A DNA stretch of 56,428 bases from Clostridia bacterium (GTDB lineage Bacteria > Bacillota > Clostridia > Oscillospirales > CAG-272). The notes below the pieces were generated by a model. That model had not been told where the DNA came from. It did no database searches and saw only the letters and a program-made list of their open reading frames with translations. Below are positions 45,473-54,480 of this stretch, piece by piece. The position numbers and the translations under genes were made by a program. The DNA is taken from assembly GCA_017415325.1 (NCBI GenBank), contig JAFQGY010000246.1, positions 1 to 56,428 on the forward strand, in the 5' to 3' direction. Positions within the stretch are counted from its first letter, which is position 1. Each line of letters opens with the position of its first letter.

Positions 45473-46360
45473 TTATCTGCGCTTCTTGGAAACGATGGCA
45501 CCGGTGAGAGCGGCAACAGCGGCCAGCAGTACGGTTGCATCGGCAGTCTGGGGAGCGGTGGTGGGAGCACCTGCAGCGGCAGCAGCGTCAACCACTTCGG
45601 CTTCTTCCACTACGGGATACAGGGTGTTGTTGTAGTATTCTTCAGCAGTTACGCCGGTAGCAGCGTAAATGTCTTCATAGTAGTGCTGCCAGTATGTACC
45701 GCAGAACTGACAGGGATCCAGAATGGCGCTGTTGCCTTCGTAGTAGTTGGGGTCATATTCTTCGGTGGTCAGTTCGGTAACAACCAGTTCGTCGATCATC
45801 CAGCCGGTTTCACGGCCAACAAAGTGGATGGAGTGTTCCCCGGCAGTCAGGTTCAGCACATTGGGTGCATGACGCCATTCGCCGTTTTCAATGGACCACC
45901 AGCCCTGCATATTGGTGTCGGTGAAGGTACCGCCCTGACGATAAGTCAGATAGAAGTACTGCCAGGAACCGTAGCAGGCGGGCATCAGAGCGGGATCGGT
46001 TTCCCCTGCGGAGTCGTCTTCATCCGGGAAGTCCCAGATCAGGGATTCGCCGCCGTCTACAGAGTAGTGGATGGAGTTGTTGGACTGGCTGGGATAGAAT
46101 ACACGGCCCCAGATGGTGTAGTTGCCGTCTTCGGGAACGGTGAAGGTGAAGGTAAAGCCTGTACCGGAAGCGTTGTCGCCCTTTTCGTTACAGATCAGAA
46201 CCTTGTCGTTTACGGTACCGTCAGCGGTGGTGGCTGCAAATGCGGAGCCTTCCAGAGCCATATCGGTAGCCTTGTAGAATACGGTGTAGGGCACGTCTGC
46301 AGCCATGGTGCTCAGGGCCAGAACTGCTGCCAGCACGATAGAAGTGATGATGCGTTTCAT
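45473..46360 (-). CDS. secreted CBM-like beta-sandwich protein with a tripartite C-terminal anchor or sorting-like signal
   Basis: Signal peptide (..ALSTMAA). GNYTIWGRVFYPSQSNNSIHYSVDG is a carbohydrate-binding-module-like pattern. The C-terminus is APQTAD + a hydrophobic helix + KKRR. Confidence 0.7.
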   Translation of the reverse strand: MKRIITSIVLAAVLALSTMAADVPYTVFYKATDMALEGSAFAATTADGTVNDKVLICNEKGDNASGTGFTFTFTVPEDGNYTIWGRVFYPSQSNNSIHYSVDGGESLIWDFPDEDDSAGETDPALMPACYGSWQYFYLTYRQGGTFTDTNMQGWWSIENGEWRHAPNVLNLTAGEHSIHFVGRETGWMIDELVVTELTTEEYDPNYYEGNSAILDPCQFCGTYWQHYYEDIYAATGVTAEEYYNNTLYPVVEEAEVVDAAAAAGAPTTAPQTADATVLLAAVAALTGAIVSKKRR

Positions 46361-46671
46361 AACAGATCTCCTTTGTTATTGTGGGTTTATTGCCTGTGTT
46401 TCTATTATAGCGAATTTTCGGCAAAGTACAATACCAATTCCGGACATTTCGATACCTATTTCGGTCATATCTGCAATTTACCGATATCTGCTTGTAAAAA
46501 TATCACATGTCAATTTTCGTACAGCTTTCCCTGCAATTTGCACAATTCTCCACGTTAAATCTGTTATTTTCAACAATTTCAAAACAGACAAGCATGAATT
46601 TTCATTCCAAAAACATCCTTCCAAATCCAACCGGAAAACTATTTCAGCCATTTTTACAACCATTTCGGACA

Positions 46672-47550
46672 TCAGCTTTCCAGACTTCGGCGGTATACCC
46701 CGATGGACATGCCCTCCTGTTGTTTGAAAAAACGGTTCAGGGCATATTCCGACTGGAATCCCGTCCGTTCGGCAATGTCTCTGAGGGTCAGTTCATGGGA
46801 ATACAGCAGTTCCTTGATATAGACAATCCGCTGTCTGGCAATCAGCTGTCCCACAGAACATCCCAGGTATTTGTCCGTCAGCCGGTTCAGATGGCGCAGG
46901 CTGATATTCATGCGGCTGGCTACATTTTCTCCTGTCAGCCGTCCGTCAATATTCTGCTCGATATACTCCTGAATCTCCCGGATGCGGATGTCATTCTCAA
47001 ACACCTTCCGGTCCTCTGTTTTTTCCAGACTGTCCGGAAAAATCTGCCGCAGAACTTCCAGAATCAGGCACTCCAGCAGGTTGTTGATGGCTGTGGTGGT
47101 CCCCGCCCGGCTGGTCATGGCATTTTCCAGCATCCAGTCCACATACACCGGCATGGCGTCCGAGGCACGGTAGGCACGATCCGTTTCCAGCCGTTCCAAA
47201 GCCTGTCTGACAAAATCCATTTCGCTGTCGATGGTCAGTCCGCAAACGAATTTTTCCATATCCGGTACCAGGGGACGGATCAGATGGGTACACCGGGGCG
47301 GAATCAGAACAAAGCCGCCCTGCCCGACACGGTACGGTTCCCCGCCGCTGATACTGACCTCCATCTCTCCGCCCAGCACATAATGCAGTTCATAGAAGGT
47401 GTGCTGGTTGGGCGTTCCTGCTGCTGTGCCTTCTTTTTCACTGTAGGCTGTCCGGCACCATATCACATTGCCCCAGAACAGGACATTCTGCAGATGCAGC
47501 TTGTACCGGCTCAGTTTTTTGGATGCCGCAATCCGGCTGGCACGATCCAT
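46672..47550 (-). CDS. AraC family transcriptional regulator (cupin sensor + 2x HTH)
   Basis: C-terminal ..SLRHLNRLTDKYLG.S..Q......R....K.LL......L.DIAE..GFQSEY.LNRFFK pattern. Start set at MDRAS (47550). Confidence 0.85.
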   Translation of the reverse strand: MDRASRIAASKKLSRYKLHLQNVLFWGNVIWCRTAYSEKEGTAAGTPNQHTFYELHYVLGGEMEVSISGGEPYRVGQGGFVLIPPRCTHLIRPLVPDMEKFVCGLTIDSEMDFVRQALERLETDRAYRASDAMPVYVDWMLENAMTSRAGTTTAINNLLECLILEVLRQIFPDSLEKTEDRKVFENDIRIREIQEYIEQNIDGRLTGENVASRMNISLRHLNRLTDKYLGCSVGQLIARQRIVYIKELLYSHELTLRDIAERTGFQSEYALNRFFKQQEGMSIGVYRRSLES

Positions 47551-47581
47551 GATATCCCCCCTTTTTTTCCGCTTCGGGAAT

Positions 47582-49186
47582 TTACCGTACTCCCTTGTAC
47601 ACAACGTCCGCTCTGCCCATGGGGAGGCAGTCGCCGGTATCGTAAAAATCTTCCGCTTTCGTGATTTCCACCCGTGCATCCGCCGCCTTGCAGCCGATCC
47701 GGAACGGTCCTTCTCCGATGCCGATGGCGTCAAAGGGAATGTTCACATGCAGCAGATTGCCGGATACAAAGCTGAAATTGCCCACGGCAGCCACCTTCCC
47801 CGGCTTCACGCCATCTTCCGCCGCACAGATCAGGCAGCGTTCGGCTGTGTCGGTGACCACCACATAATCGTATCCCCAGCTTTCCTTTTCTCCAACGGTC
47901 AGATACAGCCGCATCCATGCACCGGTTCTGTCTTCCGGGTCGATGGGGGAGGTGGTTTCCACTTTCACGATCAGGGCATCCGGCGTATGGGAAAGGGTCA
48001 GCGCAGCAATGGCATTCCGTCCGGTACGATTTTCGTAGGTTCTGTCATAGCCGGGGTGGCATCTGTCCATATTGCCGTCACCGTACCCGGAAAATACCGC
48101 CTGTTCCCCCACCGCATACACTCTGTCCGGTTCCATCCCCTTGAGCCGGCGGATCCAGCCGCACATCTGCAGGTAGTAATTGTCAAAATACCCGCCCCGC
48201 ATCATTTCGATGTCCCGGCTGTACTCGCAGTTGGCACAGTCCACAAACATCACAGGCCGTTCGGGAATCCCCGGCCAGTATCCGGCGATCCATTCGTTCC
48301 ATCCGGTCACCAGCGTCACAGGCACATCGGCTTCCAGTGCTCTCCCGAACTGTTCTTCCAGATTGTATCCGTACAGAACGCTGTTTTCATGGAGATCTTC
48401 CCTTCCCGCATGGTAGGAACGGCCGCAGTTGCCTCCCTCGCCGTACATGGCGGAGTCCCCGAACCGGAGCTGGGGATGCTGTGCCACGGATACATTGATC
48501 ACTTCCGGTACCCCCTGCAGATTGGGGAAGGCACGCTGGGGTTTCACAAAATCCATCCAGGGCCAGCCGCCGGCCTTGTCCGGTTCATTGGGCCACTGGG
48601 ACAGCTTGATATTGAAAAACGCTCTGGTTTCGGGAGAGCATTCCTCCGGCACGGCAATGATCACCGGCCTGCCTTCATAGCAGAACCATGTGTTTTCGCA
48701 GTAACCGGGTTTATAGATGGAATCGTAGATTTTCTGTACCGTCTGCCCGGAGGCGGTGTTGGTGTAGAACATCACTTTCGGTGCGTTCAGGCCTCTGTCG
48801 ATGTATTCGGACAGTACCTTCATGACGATCTTCACGTTTTTTTCATAAATCACCGCATTGGTGGTGTCGAAGAACAGAAAGTCCACCCCCGCCTGGGTCA
48901 GCAGCTTCATGTGCCGGCGCACAACCCATTCGTCGTCGCTGTAGTAGTAGCCGTAGAAGGGTTCGCCCCAGTGGTGGTAGGTACCCACGCCGCCCCAGAC
49001 ATCGCTTTTGGGCTTGTATCCCGCTTCCGGATCCGCCGCCAGAATTTTGGAAATGTCATAGGGTTTATGCCGCCCGTGTTCCCCCAGCCAAAGGAAATAG
49101 AACAGCCCTACCAGCCGGTCTTTCCGGGGAGCAGGTACGTCCTCCGGCAGCTTCCGTCCCAGTGCGTCGATTGCATATGTATTCAT
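47582..49186 (-). CDS. putative glycoside-hydrolase-like (beta/alpha)8-barrel protein, family not assigned
   Basis: The N-terminal pattern GLFYFLWLGEHG..HHWGEPFYGYYYSDDEWVVRRHMKLLTQAGVDFLFFDTTN resembles GH99/GH71-type barrels. AAGGAGA RBS in front of the ATG at 49186. Confidence 0.6.
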   Translation of the reverse strand: MNTYAIDALGRKLPEDVPAPRKDRLVGLFYFLWLGEHGRHKPYDISKILAADPEAGYKPKSDVWGGVGTYHHWGEPFYGYYYSDDEWVVRRHMKLLTQAGVDFLFFDTTNAVIYEKNVKIVMKVLSEYIDRGLNAPKVMFYTNTASGQTVQKIYDSIYKPGYCENTWFCYEGRPVIIAVPEECSPETRAFFNIKLSQWPNEPDKAGGWPWMDFVKPQRAFPNLQGVPEVINVSVAQHPQLRFGDSAMYGEGGNCGRSYHAGREDLHENSVLYGYNLEEQFGRALEADVPVTLVTGWNEWIAGYWPGIPERPVMFVDCANCEYSRDIEMMRGGYFDNYYLQMCGWIRRLKGMEPDRVYAVGEQAVFSGYGDGNMDRCHPGYDRTYENRTGRNAIAALTLSHTPDALIVKVETTSPIDPEDRTGAWMRLYLTVGEKESWGYDYVVVTDTAERCLICAAEDGVKPGKVAAVGNFSFVSGNLLHVNIPFDAIGIGEGPFRIGCKAADARVEITKAEDFYDTGDCLPMGRADVVYKGVR

Positions 49187-49200
49187 ACCAGTCTCCTTTT

Positions 49201-50268
49201 TCACAGTCCTGCTTTCCATTCCGCTATATGTTCTGCGATAAATCCGTCGTCACAGAGGAAGGGATATTCCCGGCAGATCCGTTCTATGTCTTCCGCCTGT
49301 CCCGGGGACAGAGTCTCTTCCGGATCCAGACAGTATATGGTTTTCATCAGTCCCTGCCGGCGCAGCACTTCATGAAGCCCTGCAATGCATCCGGCAAAGT
49401 TGTTCCGGGCGTCAAACACCGCACTGTTGGCATCGGTGACCGCCGCCGCCATGGCCAGCAGTTCCGGAGGCACCACACCTTCCGCTTTGGCACGCCGCAC
49501 CGTTTCAAACAGCTCCACGGCACATTTCGTCCACACGGACCAGTGCCCCAGCAGCCCGCCCCGGAAGGATTTTTCATAAGTTACGCCATCCACCGTAAAC
49601 CGGTAATCCGCCAGCAGATCGGATACGATATTGTCATCGTTGCCGGTATACAGGGTAATTTCGTCTCTTCTGGAAGACAGTGCGGCAGCCCGTACGGCGT
49701 CCAGTGTCTGGTACCGGTTGAAGGGCGCACACTTGATGGCCACCACATTGTCAATTTCACAGAGCTTTTCCCAGTATCCGGGGGTAAAGGCACGGCCGCC
49801 CACCGCTGTCTGGAGATAGAATCCGATCACCGGCATCACCTCTGCCACCGCTTTTGTCCGTTCCAGCAGTTCTTCTTCCGTCAGATGGGAAAGTCCGCCG
49901 GGACTCAGCAGTACAGCATCGTAGCCATAGGTCTTTGTCAGTTCCGCTTCCCGGCAGGCCTGCTTTGCTTCCCCGCAGACACCGGCCACCTTCACGATGG
50001 TCTTTCCGGTTTCCGCTTCATACTTTGCAATCTCCTCCGCCACAATCCGCAGTACAGGTTCATACAGCCCGATCCCGGGATCCCGGATGGCAAACTGGGT
50101 GGAATGCACGGCTGTGGCAATGCCGCCTACACCGCAGTGGAGATAGTACCGCATCAGCAGTCTCTGGCTTTTTTCGTCAAATGTTCTGTCCGCATCCAGT
50201 GCCAGAGGGGTGGCCGGAATGATGGTTCCCTCATGCAGGATGGACAGTGCTTTTTCATGTCTTGTCAT
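49201..50268 (-). CDS. divergent DapA/NanA-family (class I aldolase-like) protein
   Basis: TIM-barrel DHDPS-like layout with a candidate Schiff-base Lys in VVAIKCAP. It lacks the canonical GTTGE motif (VHSTQFA in its place). Confidence 0.65.
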   Translation of the reverse strand: MTRHEKALSILHEGTIIPATPLALDADRTFDEKSQRLLMRYYLHCGVGGIATAVHSTQFAIRDPGIGLYEPVLRIVAEEIAKYEAETGKTIVKVAGVCGEAKQACREAELTKTYGYDAVLLSPGGLSHLTEEELLERTKAVAEVMPVIGFYLQTAVGGRAFTPGYWEKLCEIDNVVAIKCAPFNRYQTLDAVRAAALSSRRDEITLYTGNDDNIVSDLLADYRFTVDGVTYEKSFRGGLLGHWSVWTKCAVELFETVRRAKAEGVVPPELLAMAAAVTDANSAVFDARNNFAGCIAGLHEVLRRQGLMKTIYCLDPEETLSPGQAEDIERICREYPFLCDDGFIAEHIAEWKAGL

Positions 50269-50300
50269 ATGCAGTCCCGTTTCTGTTCTGAATTCTTTTG

Positions 50301-51329
50301 TTAAAATTTCCCGTCCCGCTGTTCAAAGTGGGTGGGCTTGTCCAGTGTCCGTCCGCCGTCCAGAAGCCATTCTGCCTGCCACCGGATCAGGGTTTTGGCG
50401 GAAACTGCCGGATAACCGAACACCGACATGGCTTTTGCGGAATTGTTCAGCAGGGCATCCGTACCGGGTTCTCCCTCGAAAATGGGTTCCTTCCCCAGAT
50501 ACCGTCCCAGTTCCAGTGCTGTCTGTCGTACGGACAGGATTTCGGGCCCGGTAACGTTCATGGTACAGGCGGGAGAGTCGGCGTGGAGCAGACCCCGGAT
50601 GGCAATTTCGTTGGCGCTGCCCTGCCAGATACAGTTGAAGCAGGCTGTGTGCAGGGATACGGGCTTTTCTTCCAGTATATTTCTGGCAATGTCGTAAATC
50701 ACACCGTACCGCAGATCCACCGCATAGTTCAGGCGGTAGAAGAATACTTTGGTGCCCCATGTGTTGGCGGCATATTCAAACACTCTTTCTCTGGCCAGAC
50801 AGCTCATGGCGTATTCCCCCACAGGCCCCACCCGGTCTTCCTCCCTGCAGCCGCCGCTTGTGACGGGCACCAGAGGATAGATATTGCCGGAAGAAAACAC
50901 CACGATCCGGGAATTTTTGAATTTTTCCGCCGTATAGGCAGGCAGGGCGGCGTTCATGGACCAGGTCTGCCATTCGTTTCCGTCGGTGCCGAATTTTCTG
51001 CCGGCCATGTAAATCACGTTTTCTGTATCCGGCAGGGCACGGAGTTTTTCCGTATCCAACAGGTCGCAGGAGATGGTTTCCACCCCGTTTTCTTCCATGT
51101 ACTGCTTCGCTCTGGCATCACTGCCCCGGGATACCGCAATTACCTTTTTGTCCACCCCGGCTTTTTCCATGGCCCGCTTTGCCAGTACACACAGGGTCGG
51201 CCCCATTTTCCCGCCGGCACCCAGCACCATGATGTCTCCGTTCAGCTTCGCCATATCGGCCGCCAGCGCATCGGAAGGCGTGGTCAGCATGGTATCCAGC
51301 GCCTCTTCCGTCCATTTGGTTCTTTCCAT
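50301..51329 (-). CDS. NAD-dependent epimerase/dehydratase family (extended SDR) protein
   Basis: The N-terminal Rossmann motif VLGAGGKMG and the overall length fit the family. Confidence 0.75.
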   Translation of the reverse strand: MERTKWTEEALDTMLTTPSDALAADMAKLNGDIMVLGAGGKMGPTLCVLAKRAMEKAGVDKKVIAVSRGSDARAKQYMEENGVETISCDLLDTEKLRALPDTENVIYMAGRKFGTDGNEWQTWSMNAALPAYTAEKFKNSRIVVFSSGNIYPLVPVTSGGCREEDRVGPVGEYAMSCLARERVFEYAANTWGTKVFFYRLNYAVDLRYGVIYDIARNILEEKPVSLHTACFNCIWQGSANEIAIRGLLHADSPACTMNVTGPEILSVRQTALELGRYLGKEPIFEGEPGTDALLNNSAKAMSVFGYPAVSAKTLIRWQAEWLLDGGRTLDKPTHFEQRDGKF

Positions 51330-51332
51330 CGT

Positions 51333-52625
51333 TTATATCTCTCCTTCCAGATACCGGATATATTCCTCTTTCGTCATCTGCGGTACAAAAGCTTCTTTCA
51401 CCGCCAGCGCCTCTTTCGCCCCGTCCCACAGCAGATCCACCGCCGTCATGGCCATCATTTTGGCAGGCAGCAGAATCGCCTTTTCCGGATCGGCCACGGC
51501 GAATTCCCGGCTGTGGAGATTTCCCGTAAACCCGCCCATGGAAGGCTGGATCACCGGCAGAAGCATGCTTAGATCCCCCACATCCGTGGATCCGGTGATG
51601 GGCTCACCATATACCAGGTTTTCCCTGCCGATCAGGGAAGCTGCATTGTCCTCCAGTACCGCCGACAGTCCGGAAGACTCCGCAATGGGCAGATACCCGG
51701 CCAGATCCTCGCTTTCCTGTTCCGCACCGATCATCTGCGCACCGCCGCTGCAGGCCCGTTCCACCGCTTCATTGCCCTTACGGATGGCGTCCAGCGTGGC
51801 TCCCCGGACATACATATCCACCGAAACCTCGTCCGGCACGGAATTGACCACATCCCCGCCCCTGGTGATAATGGGATGGATGCGGATATGTTCTTCGTCC
51901 CGGAAGGTTTCTCTGTTGGCGTGAATGCCCAGAATGGCCAGGGCTGCGGCGTTGAGGGCATTGGTACCGTCCCAGGGAGTGCTGCCGTGTGCCGCTTTTC
52001 CCCGGAAGGTGATGGTCTTTGCCCGGAAGCCCAGATTGTGTCCCCGGCAGTACAGCTTTGCTTCCGGTTCGTCCGGCTGTGCGTGAATCATCATGGCGGC
52101 GTCAATATCGTCAAAGGCCCCTTCGGCAATCAGCTGCTGTTTCCCGCCGAAATACCGGATCAGCCCTTTCTCCCGCATGGTACGGCGGGTGTCCAGGTCA
52201 ATGAATTCTTCCGCAGGGACAGCCAAAAAGGTCACGTTCCCGTCCAGCCACGGCATCACACCGGCCAGACCTGCTGCAGCTCCCAGCATGGCGGCGATCT
52301 GTGTGTGGTGACCGCAGGCATGGGCGTTCCCGTCCGGTGCGGCATGGGGATGCCCGACACATTTCAGCCCGTCCAGTTCTCCCATGATACAGATATTGGC
52401 TCCGGAATCCCGTCCGTGCAGTGTGCCCTTCACACCGGTCACCGCATGGGGCCAGGTATAGGGAATCCCCAGAGCATCAAAGGTATCCCTGACCAAAGCG
52501 GAGGTTTTGGTTTCCAGATACCCAAGCTCCGGGTTCTTCAGAATCGTCTCCGCCAGGGTGTATATCTGCTCCGCCGCGCTGTCAATGGCATCACATACCT
52601 GCTTTTTACATTGTTCTCTCGTCAT
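51333..52625 (-). CDS. M20-family amidohydrolase (M20D/AbgB-like)
   Basis: HACGHH metal-binding motif, an internal dimerisation domain and the GSTD motif. Confidence 0.8.
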   Translation of the reverse strand: MTREQCKKQVCDAIDSAAEQIYTLAETILKNPELGYLETKTSALVRDTFDALGIPYTWPHAVTGVKGTLHGRDSGANICIMGELDGLKCVGHPHAAPDGNAHACGHHTQIAAMLGAAAGLAGVMPWLDGNVTFLAVPAEEFIDLDTRRTMREKGLIRYFGGKQQLIAEGAFDDIDAAMMIHAQPDEPEAKLYCRGHNLGFRAKTITFRGKAAHGSTPWDGTNALNAAALAILGIHANRETFRDEEHIRIHPIITRGGDVVNSVPDEVSVDMYVRGATLDAIRKGNEAVERACSGGAQMIGAEQESEDLAGYLPIAESSGLSAVLEDNAASLIGRENLVYGEPITGSTDVGDLSMLLPVIQPSMGGFTGNLHSREFAVADPEKAILLPAKMMAMTAVDLLWDGAKEALAVKEAFVPQMTKEEYIRYLEGEI

Positions 52626-52711
52626 ACTGCACCGCCTGCTTTATATTCTGTCTTCAGTATACCACAATCCTGTGGCATCTGCAAGGGAAACGGGAGAAAA
52701 AACTGCGGAAC

Positions 52712-52739
52712 AGAAAAAGACAGCCGACCGGCGACTGTC
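52712..52739 (-). terminator. intrinsic terminator after the sigma-factor gene
   Basis: On the minus strand, a GACAGUCG..UCGGCUGUC hairpin is followed by UUUUUCUG. Confidence 0.5.
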
Positions 52740-52751
52740 CTGTGGTATCTG

Positions 52752-54302
52752 TTATCTTGTTCCGTCTCCGCAGTCCTGCAGCAGAGTTCCGGATCTGTTT
52801 ACATCTGTATCGTACAGGTATACAGCGGCAGGCATGGTATCCATGATTTCCGGCAGATACAGTTCCCCGCTGTCCACCGCCATTTTCCCCATAAGTCCCA
52901 CCGTACGATGGAAAACGGTACTGCCGATCACCGCACGGATCTCTGCCGCCACAGCCTTGGGGGCATGTTCCTGCATGATGTTCACCGCCAGTGCTGCCAG
53001 ATCCCGGTAGACCTCTGCCATCCCCTCTGCCTCCGCCTGCAGAATCTCCCGGAAAATACAGCCGGTTTCTCCCGCAGTCAGGTATACAAGAGGCGCATCC
53101 GCTCCCCCGGCAATACTTTCGTCCGCCAGCTTCTGCAGTCTGTCCCAGTTTTCCGGGCTGTCCACATCATTTTTCCTGTCCAGCACACCGAAATTGGCAA
53201 AACAGGCCGCCAGATCTTCCCGCAGTCCGTAATGTCCGGCAAAGGCACCGCTGCTGTACACCGAATCCGGATCATCATAATCCACTGCATAATTGACCCC
53301 TTTGGCATCCGCATACAGGTTTCCGGGATATTCGATGGCATCCCGGTTTCTCCAGATGTTGTGTCCTTCCTGCATCAGCTTGAAGTAAAATGCCCACAGC
53401 AGCCGGTTGTCCGTCATACCGCATCCACGGAACCCCACCTGCCGGATCCGGGGCAGTTTTTCCTTTACGGACGCCAGAATCTCCCCCAGTCTGCCGGTAA
53501 GCCGTTCTTCCGCCGCCCGGTGCAGATCGGTATCAAAATCCTTTGTGAAGATACAGAGTTTTGTCTGGTATTTCCCGCCGCTTTCCGTCATCAGTTCATA
53601 TTTCTGCAGCAGTGCAATCTCGTCCTCCAGATATACCGCCGCCACGCCCAGCTCCAGGGACAGCTCCTGCAGCGTCATGGGGGTATAGTACGCACAGTAC
53701 AGAATGTTTCCCGGCAGTTTCCGGTTGAACAGATTCCGGTACTCCGCATTGTAGGCGCCGCTGAAAATGGTGCCGAAATAGAAGTCGGCAGGCTTGTAGC
53801 TTTTTTCACCGTATGTTCTGGTCATGGTCAGACCCTCCTTCAGAATCCGTCTCGTTTTGTAGAGATAATACTTCACCATTTCCACAGTGATCCCGTACTT
53901 TTCCCCGATCTGCCGGCAGGTCAGGCCGTCGAAATAATACGCCACTGTGCATTTCCGGTACTCCCCCGCCAGAAGAGACAGTTCCCGGCGCAGCAGAGCG
54001 GTTTCTTCCTTGCGGAGTAGGATGTCCTCTGCGTCTTCGTCTTCCGGAATATCCTCCGTTTCCACCGGTACCGTACGGCTTTTCTTCCGGTAGAATTTCT
54101 TCACCGTATTGGCTGCCACAGCCCAGAACCAGCCGAAAAAAGCGTCGTCACAGCGCAGGGTATGGGCGTTTTCCAGCACGGCCACCACAATATCCCCGGC
54201 CAGATCCTCGGCATCTTCCCGGTTCGAGACCCGATGCAGGGCATAGGCAAAGATGGTTTTCATGTTTTCTGCCGCAAGCCGGGCAGCTTCGTGGGTTTCC
54301 AT
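52752..54302 (-). CDS. ECF-type sigma-70 family factor fused to a ~350-aa C-terminal domain of unknown function
   Basis: Region 2 (DAEDLAGDIVVAVL), region 4 HTH (LTCRQIGEKYGITVEMVKYYLYKTR), then a long soluble extension. GGGAGG RBS in front of the ATG at 54302, which I prefer over 54341. Confidence 0.75.
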   Translation of the reverse strand: METHEAARLAAENMKTIFAYALHRVSNREDAEDLAGDIVVAVLENAHTLRCDDAFFGWFWAVAANTVKKFYRKKSRTVPVETEDIPEDEDAEDILLRKEETALLRRELSLLAGEYRKCTVAYYFDGLTCRQIGEKYGITVEMVKYYLYKTRRILKEGLTMTRTYGEKSYKPADFYFGTIFSGAYNAEYRNLFNRKLPGNILYCAYYTPMTLQELSLELGVAAVYLEDEIALLQKYELMTESGGKYQTKLCIFTKDFDTDLHRAAEERLTGRLGEILASVKEKLPRIRQVGFRGCGMTDNRLLWAFYFKLMQEGHNIWRNRDAIEYPGNLYADAKGVNYAVDYDDPDSVYSSGAFAGHYGLREDLAACFANFGVLDRKNDVDSPENWDRLQKLADESIAGGADAPLVYLTAGETGCIFREILQAEAEGMAEVYRDLAALAVNIMQEHAPKAVAAEIRAVIGSTVFHRTVGLMGKMAVDSGELYLPEIMDTMPAAVYLYDTDVNRSGTLLQDCGDGTR

Positions 54303-54480
54303 GGGTACCTCCCGAAATGGTGTTTCTTTGAAGATCTTCATTCATATAGTACCATACTCCCGCCCCCGGTGAAGCCTTTTTCACAATTTTTCCGCAGGAA
54401 TTTTTTCCGGCATATGGATTCCTGTCCGGATTTATGTTATAATGAAGACAGAAACGGAAATATCCGGAATGGAGGTTCCT

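Noticed and set aside
2690-54020. Other long antisense ORFs in the track: 2690..4573, 6785..8506, 8560..10032, 12735..14771, 30073..31638, 34937..36760, 39951..41162, 43622..45235, 47468..49375 and 51876..54020. Many 60-180-aa overlapping ORFs fall in the same class.
   Set aside because: Each overlaps a sense gene with clear conserved motifs, an RBS and sensible boundaries. None has motifs of its own. They are an expected by-product of GC-rich codon usage.
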